Origin: a virus
Length of the DNA: 64,000 bases
Direction: 5' to 3' (one strand)
IMG/VR virus record: IMGVR_UViG_3300023242_000003
Span: 35,592-99,591 of that record
Positions 42,039 through 50,511 of this stretch are shown here, in pieces; the stretch's first letter is position 1; every line of letters begins with the position of its first letter. A program made the position numbers and the translations under genes. The notes beneath the pieces are model-generated. The model was not told the origin of the DNA, searched no databases, and worked only from the letters and a program-made list of their open reading frames with translations.

Positions 42039-42446
42039 GCCAATATATTCATGTGAAAAACAAAGTCTTTTATTATCATAAAAATGGTTTTTGTAATTAT
42101 CCCCATTTTTAATATCTGACCTAATTTTCATGTTTTTACTAGTTGGTTTCCATAAATTAGAGTTATTCCTATAAAATCCAAGTCTTGGGTGTGATGTTTT
42201 ACTGAAAAATCGATGTCCCTCATCAACATGAATTTGAGCTATAGCGTTTGAAAACGCAGAACCGATTCCCACGCCTTGTACATCTGGTAAAATTACCGTC
42301 CTGTGACCACGCCACGCATTTTTAATTGTCCCACTCGGCATCGTGATAGTGGCACCAAACGCTACAACGTTTCCATCCCATACGCCAACATAACACCTAG
42401 AAGCTTTATTTACATTCCCATCTAAATAGTGATGGTCTTTAAACAT
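42030..42446 (-). CDS. GNAT-like acetyltransferase domain, likely fused to upstream ATPase by -1 frameshift
   Basis: FKDHHYL, HRTVILPDVQGVGIG, KTSHP; frame open back to the T9 run. Confidence 0.75.
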   Translation of the reverse strand: MFKDHHYLDGNVNKASRCYVGVWDGNVVAFGATITMPSGTIKNAWRGHRTVILPDVQGVGIGSAFSNAIAQIHVDEGHRFFSKTSHPRLGFYRNNSNLWKPTSKNMKIRSDIKNGDNYKNHFYDNKRLCFSHEYIGLK

Positions 42447-43111
42447 TCCCCAACTATCATATTTTGTGCGATATATGTCAATTTTGATTTCTGGGCGGGC
42501 AAAAAAAAACCGTCCATCAGCTCACCTGTGTCCGTATCTAAAACCCAATCTGGTTCTAGCCACTCTAAAATGTCTCTATGACAAGTTGAGAGCACTATGT
42601 TTTCTAAGTTATTATTCTTTACGAATCTAGCTAGTGACATACTAGCAGCTTTAGCAACGTTTCTATCAACAACACTAGTAAACTCATCGATTACAGCACC
42701 GTTTTTTAATTTCCTAGCTAAATCGGCTCTGAATTTTTCACCGTTGGATAATACATGATATGGTTTATACCATGAAGGTACTGAATTAAGACCAACACTA
42801 CCTAATTTATTGATTGCGTCATCTGGGGTTTCAAAATGCGATACAATAGATTTAACGGGTTCCCACGTAGGTGATTCCTCAACACCAAAGTTTTTTAATA
42901 ACGTTGACTTTCCAGAACCACTGGAGCCAACAATTACACCTATTTTAAATTTAGTAGGGAGTTTACTTGGAATTTTCCAAGGGTGGAATTTAGATATTCC
43001 ATCAAAAGCACAATCAAATGCTTTTTCGCTGGCTGCGATGAAATCATCTCGGTCAACACTAGATACCAATGGCTCAATATCTTTTTTTAGTTTTTCAATA
43101 ACTTTTTCCAT
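42422..43111 (-). CDS. ABC-type ATPase domain
   Basis: GSSGSGKST, LSNGEKFRA, VIDEFTSVVDR, STCH. Confidence 0.9.
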   Translation of the reverse strand: MEKVIEKLKKDIEPLVSSVDRDDFIAASEKAFDCAFDGISKFHPWKIPSKLPTKFKIGVIVGSSGSGKSTLLKNFGVEESPTWEPVKSIVSHFETPDDAINKLGSVGLNSVPSWYKPYHVLSNGEKFRADLARKLKNGAVIDEFTSVVDRNVAKAASMSLARFVKNNNLENIVLSTCHRDILEWLEPDWVLDTDTGELMDGFFLPAQKSKLTYIAQNMIVGECLKTITI

Positions 43112-43214
43112 AAAACTTTTTTTAATAAATATTAAAAAAAATGGTAAAATTATAAAAATAAAAAGTTAGGGCACTAAAAAAATGTCCTAACTTTTAATAT
43201 TTTGTTTGGTAAAA

Positions 43215-43433
43215 TTATTTTTTACCTTCGGTAAGTCTATTAACTTTATCGGTTAAAGCAGCAATCTTGTTTTCTAAAATAGCAGACTTTTGTGCTTGTC
43301 TTGTAGATTGTTCGTTAATCCACTCTTGTTTTTTAACAGCAACTGCCTCATTTACAATGTTATCGATTAAATCAACAAGGTGATTTTCTTTAATTTTTAC
43401 TGTTTTTTTTGCAACTGAATTTTCTTTTGACAT
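43215..43433 (-). CDS. small hypothetical, probable head protein
   Basis: IKE/VNE/INE/ILE/LTE sites; late motif upstream. Confidence 0.6.
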   Translation of the reverse strand: MSKENSVAKKTVKIKENHLVDLIDNIVNEAVAVKKQEWINEQSTRQAQKSAILENKIAALTDKVNRLTEGKK

Positions 43434-43712
43434 ATGTTCTAAGGTTTAATTAAATCTTATTTAGTAATAAATATGCTAATTTTAATAAAAGTCATAAAAA
43501 ACTACCTAACAAATTCCTCTACCTTAAAAATTAATAGTAAATCTGTGGTTGTGATATTTTTTAAGGTAGCAAAAAATTTTGCTGCATTTAATGTATCGTA
43601 AGCCGATGTTGTGTTTATAACTTCACCATATTTTGTTAATAACGCAAATTTTTTCATAGTATTATATTTTTATATAAATATAATGAAAAAAATATAAAAG
43701 TAAATTAACTAT

Positions 43713-44225
43713 TTAACAAAGCTTGTCAGCACATGATGAACTGGCCCATGCGTCTGGTTTTACTTTAAATTCATAACCCATCCCTAAAATATAACCAACA
43801 GCTTGTTGAAGAGCTTTGTTAGATTCGTGTTTAGGGTCTGGGTTTATATCAGCATGAATTTCCATTTTTATGTCATATAAATCTAATAAAGGGGCTATTT
43901 CATAAGCTACTTCAACCGATTTACTAACTTCATAAACCATTCTCTCGTTAACCAACTCTTTACTGTTAGCTTGTTTAAATTCATGGTAATAAGTTGCAGC
44001 GATAATCATACCACCACGACCAACAACCACCCCACCACCTAAATCTTCGGTTGTGGTAACAAGTATCACCGTAGCAAATTTATATGTAAATTTACCAGCT
44101 TTTTGAGAATCAGTACCAACCGATACTTTAAGCATACGACCTTTTTCTAACTCTGCTTCAAACAATCCCTCTAAGTAATCTAAGATTGGTTCACCAATCA
44201 ACTTTTCATTTCTTTTCCATATCAT
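43713..44225 (-). CDS. RNase H-like YkuK (DUF458) family protein
   Basis: VGTDSQ, EVSKSVEVA, EIHADIN, GYILGMG, VKPDAWASS-CAD. Confidence 0.85.
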   Translation of the reverse strand: MIWKRNEKLIGEPILDYLEGLFEAELEKGRMLKVSVGTDSQKAGKFTYKFATVILVTTTEDLGGGVVVGRGGMIIAATYYHEFKQANSKELVNERMVYEVSKSVEVAYEIAPLLDLYDIKMEIHADINPDPKHESNKALQQAVGYILGMGYEFKVKPDAWASSSCADKLC

Positions 44226-44289
44226 AACACTAATTTTTGTTTTTACTTTATAACAAAAAAGACCCCTTAAAAAGGAGCCTTTGATTTTC

Positions 44290-45705
44290 TTAGTTGATAA
44301 ACGTTGTTGGTAACAACTCTTTCAACCTAGAATAATTCTCTTCTCCTATATCTTCTATTTTTACACCAATTCTATGTAACGACCCACCATTCGACTTATC
44401 TAAATAGGCTATCTCAGACGGAATGTCTTTAATAGGGTTACCGTTTAGATTTAAAAATTGTAGATTTTTTAACATGCCGATTTCTTTCGGTAACACTTTA
44501 ATATTATTTTCCGTTAGAACAAGCATTTCTAAATTCGTTAATTTACCAATAGAAGGGTGTAACTCCACCATCTTTGCGTTTGTGATGATAAGTTGGTCAA
44601 GTAATTTAAACTTGCTAATATCTGGTAATCTAGGTATTTCTCTAGTCATAAATCTTATTGATGGTGTGTTTTCATCCAATAACTCAAACAGACTCTCAGC
44701 GAATCCAAATTGAATCAAGTAATCCAAGTACCTGTTATTTTCTAATCCTTTGCTATGGTGTTTAGCCATAGACATTAATTCTGTGTAAAAAAAGTTACTA
44801 ACACCTTCACTTTTACTTATTACGTCTTCAAATATACTAACATTTTGTCCGTTACGACTATCCTTTAACTGGTTAGTTTCAAAGTGAATTTGGTAAATCT
44901 CTTTCGATTTTCCTTCAAAGAACTCGTTATTAATTATAATATAAATATCAGAGTTTTTACCGTTAGGTTTTTTATGGTTATTTGTATAACTTTTAAACAT
45001 ACCATTACCTTTTCTAGCTGTACACCAGTTAGCAAAATCTTCAAAGATTACACTAGCTTCAGTACTTCTAGGTATAAAAAGAGTAAATTTTCTATCTTTT
45101 ACTGGTATAATCGCTTGACCTATATCTACAAATCGCTGCATTGTTCTCTCAATAGCACTTGGGTCTTTTTCAATAAACGGGTCAACGGCATCAAATAATT
45201 GAGATAAAGACTTATATTGGTTAATATCCGTAGGGTCACTAACACCCACAAGACTGTAACTACCTTTACATAATTCTTTAAATTTTTTCTTACGTTTATT
45301 TTCTTCAAACAATGTAAGATATTTGTTAGCTTGTGGTAAATCCTCATAAACTAATCTAATCGCTGACTCAATTGTTTTTGGTTCTTTTAACAAACGAGAA
45401 AATAAATTCAACATCCATTGTAGATTTATCTTATTTTCAGTTGGGTCAGCTATAATCATTGAACTAAATACTTCAGAACAAATACTTACTTTTTTTAGTG
45501 TTCTATCTTTACCGTTTTGTTTTTCAGAAATAATAGCGATTAGCTCACCATCAATATTTGCTATAGGTAATGACACATAACCAATCTTGGTTAAGTCAGA
45601 CAAGTTTGAATCCAATTGTTTATTTTCTGTTCCCTCGTTACATTCAAATATATCGAATAATTCAGCTAAAAAAGTTAACCTGTCTGTAATGTTTTTTTCT
45701 TTCAT
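44290..45705 (-). CDS. leucine-rich-repeat protein (start adjusted to MKEKNI)
   Basis: LHPSIGKLTNLEMLVLTENNIKVLPKEIGMLKNLQFLNLNGNPI; TACCTTTG promoter element at 45727-45734. Confidence 0.8.
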   Translation of the reverse strand: MKEKNITDRLTFLAELFDIFECNEGTENKQLDSNLSDLTKIGYVSLPIANIDGELIAIISEKQNGKDRTLKKVSICSEVFSSMIIADPTENKINLQWMLNLFSRLLKEPKTIESAIRLVYEDLPQANKYLTLFEENKRKKKFKELCKGSYSLVGVSDPTDINQYKSLSQLFDAVDPFIEKDPSAIERTMQRFVDIGQAIIPVKDRKFTLFIPRSTEASVIFEDFANWCTARKGNGMFKSYTNNHKKPNGKNSDIYIIINNEFFEGKSKEIYQIHFETNQLKDSRNGQNVSIFEDVISKSEGVSNFFYTELMSMAKHHSKGLENNRYLDYLIQFGFAESLFELLDENTPSIRFMTREIPRLPDISKFKLLDQLIITNAKMVELHPSIGKLTNLEMLVLTENNIKVLPKEIGMLKNLQFLNLNGNPIKDIPSEIAYLDKSNGGSLHRIGVKIEDIGEENYSRLKELLPTTFIN

Positions 45706-45761
45706 CTTATAGAATTTCCTAATACGCAAAGGTACTAACAATTTTTGGCTAAAACAAGGGG

Positions 45762-46103
45762 TTAAATTAAAAATCTTTTAAAATAATCTTCTTCCATGTA
45801 TTCTTCAACTCTTCTTTTTAAAAACCAGACCAAACTATCCATATTGTCTGCTTCTCTTTCTAGAATATCTAAAATTATGTCATTTGGGTTTTCACCATCT
45901 GTTAATCGATACTTCATTTCTTTAAAATAATTAACTTTATCTTCTTTGACTAATTGAGTTATAATTAAATTATAGGTTTCCCATCTAAACTCTAATTCAT
46001 CATCCAAGGTTTGTAGCACACAATTAATGTGTTTGTTGTACGCTTTATCTAATGTGGATTTTTTTCCGTTACCAGCTGTTAATAAAAAATTTTTAGCTTC
46101 CAT
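45762..46103 (-). CDS. hypothetical protein
   Basis: 113 aa; shares KE-xYxLT-xxxPN motif with 46228-46548. Confidence 0.65.
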   Translation of the reverse strand: MEAKNFLLTAGNGKKSTLDKAYNKHINCVLQTLDDELEFRWETYNLIITQLVKEDKVNYFKEMKYRLTDGENPNDIILDILEREADNMDSLVWFLKRRVEEYMEEDYFKRFLI

Positions 46104-46227
46104 CAGTGTAAAATTAATAAAATGTTATTTAGTAATAAATATCTCAGAAGTCTAGATAATACTGACAATAATAAATTGGGAAAGTTAATTGAACTGATTT
46201 TCAATTAACTAATTATTAATTTTTTTT

Positions 46228-46548
46228 TTAGAAATTTTTTATTTTATTATAAAGTCTTTCTAATTCCTCGGTTTGGCTTTTTATCGATTCAATCACTTCA
46301 ATACAAACTTCGTTAGGGTCTACGTCCTCTGTTAATTTGTACTGTAATTCTTTAACTTTTAGATTATCTTTTAAGGTGTTTTTTAATTCTAAGATAACTT
46401 GGTTGTATGTGGCCCAAGCTTGTTTTTTTTCATTATCACCTAGAATAAGATTTTGGGTGATTTTAATTTCGTACTCGTGTTCCAAATAAGAATCAAAATC
46501 ACCGTAGTGTTCTCTTAAGACCGTTTTTATTTTTTCTTTTATGTCCAT
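46228..46548 (-). CDS. hypothetical protein
   Basis: 106 aa; IKTVLRE leader; KELQYKLTEDVDPN. Confidence 0.65.
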   Translation of the reverse strand: MDIKEKIKTVLREHYGDFDSYLEHEYEIKITQNLILGDNEKKQAWATYNQVILELKNTLKDNLKVKELQYKLTEDVDPNEVCIEVIESIKSQTEELERLYNKIKNF

Positions 46549-46554
46549 TACATA

Positions 46555-46896
46555 TTATTTTAATGGAACATTTTTTGATAAAAGATAATCTTCTCCAATG
46601 TTACCAAACATCCAATCAGTAATAACTTGTTTTGTAAAATCATCTCCCATATTATACTTATTTTTCATATACTCGAATAAAGCTTTTGGTGATATTACCT
46701 CATCATCAACGTTAACCTTAACCATTTTCTGTGTGTGGTATTCACCACCTTCACGAACATAGTTTTCCGTTGGTGTATAGTTAGCCATCAAGTCTTCTGA
46801 CATTTCTTTAACCATGTTACTATAAACCTCTGATTCGACAATAAAAACCTTCAGTTTATCAAACTGTGATTCGGTTATGATTAATTTTGTTTTCAT
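46555..46896 (-). CDS. hypothetical protein
   Basis: 113 aa; LIITESQ leader; late motif upstream. Confidence 0.65.
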   Translation of the reverse strand: MKTKLIITESQFDKLKVFIVESEVYSNMVKEMSEDLMANYTPTENYVREGGEYHTQKMVKVNVDDEVISPKALFEYMKNKYNMGDDFTKQVITDWMFGNIGEDYLLSKNVPLK

Positions 46897-46964
46897 AATT
46901 ATAAATATCTAGGAAATAAAAAAAGGCCCTAAAACTAGGGCCTTTTATGTATTAAAAAAAAAAT

Positions 46965-47291
46965 TTATAATAAAGCATCAATTAATTCTTGATACTTTTC
47001 TTTGTCTTTCAAACCAACTATTCTCCCGTTTTCAACGATTACACCATCTTTAAATGTAATAACACATGGAATACCTCTAACATTGTATTTGTCGGCTATA
47101 TCACCATTTTCAACTACGTTAATTTTACCTATTTTTATTGCTTTGTCTTTGTTGTCATCACTCAATGATTCAATCACTGGGCTTAACATTTTGCATGGTC
47201 CACACCATGGGGCCCAGAAATCCACCATCACTGGTATTGTTGATTTTAAAACCATTTCTTCGAAATTCTCTTTTGTGAGTTCTAATGTCAT
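46965..47291 (-). CDS. trxA: thioredoxin
   Basis: VDFWAPWCGPCK, RGIP. Confidence 0.95.
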   Translation of the reverse strand: MTLELTKENFEEMVLKSTIPVMVDFWAPWCGPCKMLSPVIESLSDDNKDKAIKIGKINVVENGDIADKYNVRGIPCVITFKDGVIVENGRIVGLKDKEKYQELIDALL

Positions 47292-47424
47292 TTACTTTGT
47301 TTTTTTTATTTTGTTATAATTATAAATATAATACCCTAAATCTAAAAATCAATGAATGATTCCGAAATTTTATGTAAATTTATTTCACTTGAATTTCCAG
47401 ATGACCACATGGTTATCTATTTTA

Positions 47425-47739
47425 TTAGTCACAAGACATAGGGTAAAACTCATTTGTTTCCATTACACATCGATGAAAATTTGAAAGTAATTCAGTTTCA
47501 AGGTTAAAAAAACCAACAATATAATTTGCCGTTAACATATCGTCCATAGAATAAATTATATCTAACATATTAGTTATATTAATTATTGTAGTTTTTTCTC
47601 TAAAATACAATGAATCATGGGTTAACGAATAAGACATGCCGTTACAAAAACTAATAAAAGAAGAATAATTGGTTTTTTTCATTTCTTTCATTGAAACTTC
47701 GCAAATAGTCAAATATATGTAATTGTTTAGTTTATTCAT
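47425..47739 (-). CDS. hypothetical protein
   Basis: 104 aa; TACCTTTG immediately upstream. Confidence 0.5.
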   Translation of the reverse strand: MNKLNNYIYLTICEVSMKEMKKTNYSSFISFCNGMSYSLTHDSLYFREKTTIINITNMLDIIYSMDDMLTANYIVGFFNLETELLSNFHRCVMETNEFYPMSCD

Positions 47740-47797
47740 TTATTTTACAAAGGTACGAATTATTATTGATATTTAAAATATTTATCATAAAAAAGCT

Positions 47798-48040
47798 ATG
47801 ATAAATAAAATAGATGAGGAAATGATTGTTAAATTTCTACAGAGAAACTACCCAGTGTCTAGAATCAAACAAAACAATAGATTTAAACGTGCTATTGTTT
47901 TAGATGACGTTGCTTATATGCTTAGCGACATTAATTCAAGTAAACCACTTAAAACAAAATTAATAGCAACACTTAAAATTATTTTTGATTGTGATGCAAC
48001 TAACGCTTATCGTTTAATTAGCCAAGCTTTAAGTATCTAA
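47798..48040 (+). CDS. hypothetical protein
   Basis: 80 aa; ATATTTAT upstream. Confidence 0.6.
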   Translation: MINKIDEEMIVKFLQRNYPVSRIKQNNRFKRAIVLDDVAYMLSDINSSKPLKTKLIATLKIIFDCDATNAYRLISQALSI

Positions 48041-48119
48041 TTACCATTTTTCTATTTTATTTAGAGGACAAAGGTATACATAAAAAAATGTAACTACAAA
48101 ATTTTTTGTGTGTTTTTTA

Positions 48120-48569
48120 TTAAATCGAATAAACAGCCATTTCCATCCTATCAATAACTAAGTTTCCTTCTTCGTTTTGTATCAAATATATCTCTACTTC
48201 CTCACCTACAGTAATAATTCCCTTACCAGAATCTTTTTCAGTGGTTAGTTTTGACCAATCCAAAGGAATTGTCACATAAGCATCGTCAGTGTTGTCGTTA
48301 TCTATAAAGTAATTTACCTCCACTTCAATTTCAGAAGGTCCAGTAATACCACCTAAGTTGATATCTCTAATCCCCCAAGATTTCATTTCAATGTCAATAC
48401 TAAAAGACACACGTATTTTTATGGGTGCAATATCGTTGATGTCATAACCCATGTATGTTTTGTAATTAAATCTAGCTTCAACCTCTCTAACGTATTTTTC
48501 ATCTAAAGGTTCCTCATTTAAATTAGTTCTTAAACGTTCTAATTGTGATTCTGTAAGTCTTATTTTCAT
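48120..48569 (-). CDS. hypothetical protein
   Basis: 149 aa; IRLTESQ...LNE leader; late motif upstream. Confidence 0.65.
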   Translation of the reverse strand: MKIRLTESQLERLRTNLNEEPLDEKYVREVEARFNYKTYMGYDINDIAPIKIRVSFSIDIEMKSWGIRDINLGGITGPSEIEVEVNYFIDNDNTDDAYVTIPLDWSKLTTEKDSGKGIITVGEEVEIYLIQNEEGNLVIDRMEMAVYSI

Positions 48570-48627
48570 TGTTAATTTTTATTATAAATATCATTGATTT
48601 ATAATAAAAATTTACTTACTATTGTAA

Positions 48628-49080
48628 ATGGCAAACTTAGAATTTAAAAGTGATTTAAAATTAGGCAATGATGGTGAAGATGCCGTCATCAAATTCCTAG
48701 AATCAAAGGGGCACAAATATATCGATTCAAACCACGATAACAAATATGATGTCAAAATGTTAACCAAAGGTAAAGAAACAACCTATGAGGTAAAAACAGA
48801 CGTTAAATGTGCCCCACTATTTGATACTGGTAATATTTTTATAGAATTTGAATCAAGAGGGAAAGCTTCTGGTATTGTCGTCACTCAAGCCAAATGGTTT
48901 GTTACCTATTTCAAATACTTAAATGAAGTATGGTTTATAAAGTCAAATGAACTAAAAAACCTAATAGAAAATAATGAATTTACAATTTTTAGAGATGCTG
49001 GTGATGTAGGAAGCGCAACACACGGATATTTAATTAAAAGAAAAGACTTTAAAAAATATTTTTATGTGTGCAAAATCTAA
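48628..49080 (+). CDS. PD-(D/E)xK nuclease-like protein
   Basis: GE..V..FL, YDV, YEVKTD, TGNIFIEF. Confidence 0.7.
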   Translation: MANLEFKSDLKLGNDGEDAVIKFLESKGHKYIDSNHDNKYDVKMLTKGKETTYEVKTDVKCAPLFDTGNIFIEFESRGKASGIVVTQAKWFVTYFKYLNEVWFIKSNELKNLIENNEFTIFRDAGDVGSATHGYLIKRKDFKKYFYVCKI

Positions 49081-49708
49081 AATACCTAAACTATTCGTAG
49101 AACTAGTTCCATCAACATGTCACTTCTCCAACGTAAGAACAACAGTAAAACCATCAGAATGGGATATTATTCGTTTTATATCTTATGAAGCAGCTGGGAA
49201 TAAATGTGAAATTTGTGGCGGGACAGGAAAAGAACAAGGCTATAAACATAACGTGGAATGTCACGAAATATGGGAATATGATGATGAAAACTATAAGCAA
49301 AAATTAGTAGGGCTTATTTCCTTATGCCCTACGTGTCATCAAGTAAAACATATTGGTAGAGCAATTGCGATAGGTAAGCAAAATGAATGCTTTACTCAAC
49401 TCGCAAAAGTTAATAAATGGACCCAGAAAGAAATTGATGACCATATTATATCTTCATTTCAGTTACACAAGGAACGTTCTAAAAACAAATGGGATTTAGA
49501 TATATCTTTATTGGAAAAAACCCCTTACAATATAAAATTAAAACCAATGAAAGAACGGGTTTTTGAGGTTAAAAAATATAAGAAAAAACCTAAAAAGAAA
49601 GCAGTCGCTGGTGTGCCAAAAAATAAAAAAATTCACCCAAAAGCAAAGATTGCTGCTGTGTTAAAACCCATGTCTTCATTAAATAATAAACGACCACCAA
49701 AAAAATAA
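49064..49708 (+). CDS. HNH-family zinc-finger endonuclease-like protein
   Basis: CEICG, ECHEIW, LCPTCHQVKHIG; basic tail. Confidence 0.7.
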   Translation: MCAKSKIPKLFVELVPSTCHFSNVRTTVKPSEWDIIRFISYEAAGNKCEICGGTGKEQGYKHNVECHEIWEYDDENYKQKLVGLISLCPTCHQVKHIGRAIAIGKQNECFTQLAKVNKWTQKEIDDHIISSFQLHKERSKNKWDLDISLLEKTPYNIKLKPMKERVFEVKKYKKKPKKKAVAGVPKNKKIHPKAKIAAVLKPMSSLNNKRPPKK

Positions 49709-49732
49709 TTTTAAGGTATTATACTTTATCTG

Positions 49733-50080
49733 ATGATGCTGTATTTATATGAAAAAATTATTATGAATATAGTACACTTAAAACCTAACAATCAAGAAGT
49801 AGAATCTTGGGTTGCAATGATTGAAAACGAAATTGTTGGCCATATCTTTATGAAACACGAGATTGAAAATAAAATAAAATTTTTAGATGCATGGGTTCAT
49901 GACGACCATAGACGAAAAGGTATCTACAGAAAACTATGGGAAACTAGATGGGAGTATGTGCAAAAAAACTATCAGGGGTTTATAATATACGCTTGGTGTA
50001 AAAATACTAGTTTACCATTGCTACTAGAAAAGGGGTTTAATGCTGGTGAAATCTGTACCTATGTAGAAATTAAAGTTTAG
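49733..50080 (+). CDS. GNAT acetyltransferase
   Basis: WVHDDHRRKGIYRKL...KGF. Confidence 0.75.
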   Translation: MMLYLYEKIIMNIVHLKPNNQEVESWVAMIENEIVGHIFMKHEIENKIKFLDAWVHDDHRRKGIYRKLWETRWEYVQKNYQGFIIYAWCKNTSLPLLLEKGFNAGEICTYVEIKV

Positions 50081-50474
50081 TTTTTAAATTTTTAATAAAA
50101 TCATCCATGGCCGACTTCTCAGTCAATAAAGACTTAAACATTTCATTTCGTTCACCATTCTCTGAACCCCAAGCAATTTGACACTTAGTGCACTGATAAA
50201 AACCGTCTAAACCATTAAAACCATCTTCCCCATCAGAAACTTCAATAAAAGCCAATTTACTAATTCTTTTTTTATTTTCTGGTGTCCAACCATATGATTT
50301 TCTAGCCATATTTTCAGCTACAACCTTATCACTAGTGGCACCCAAGAATAATTCTTTGTTCATCAAGTAATCAATAACTTCTCCATTATCCCAACTTGTA
50401 TTACATTCTGGACACGTTCCACAATGATTTGTCTCGTTAATTTTGTAATTTTCTACCATAAATTGCGTTTTCAT
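50070..50474 (-). CDS. zinc-binding hypothetical protein
   Basis: CPEC...CTKC. Confidence 0.6.
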   Translation of the reverse strand: MKTQFMVENYKINETNHCGTCPECNTSWDNGEVIDYLMNKELFLGATSDKVVAENMARKSYGWTPENKKRISKLAFIEVSDGEDGFNGLDGFYQCTKCQIAWGSENGERNEMFKSLLTEKSAMDDFIKNLKTKL

Positions 50475-50511
50475 TCAATATACTAAATATTTATATAAAA
50501 ATCTATAGTTA

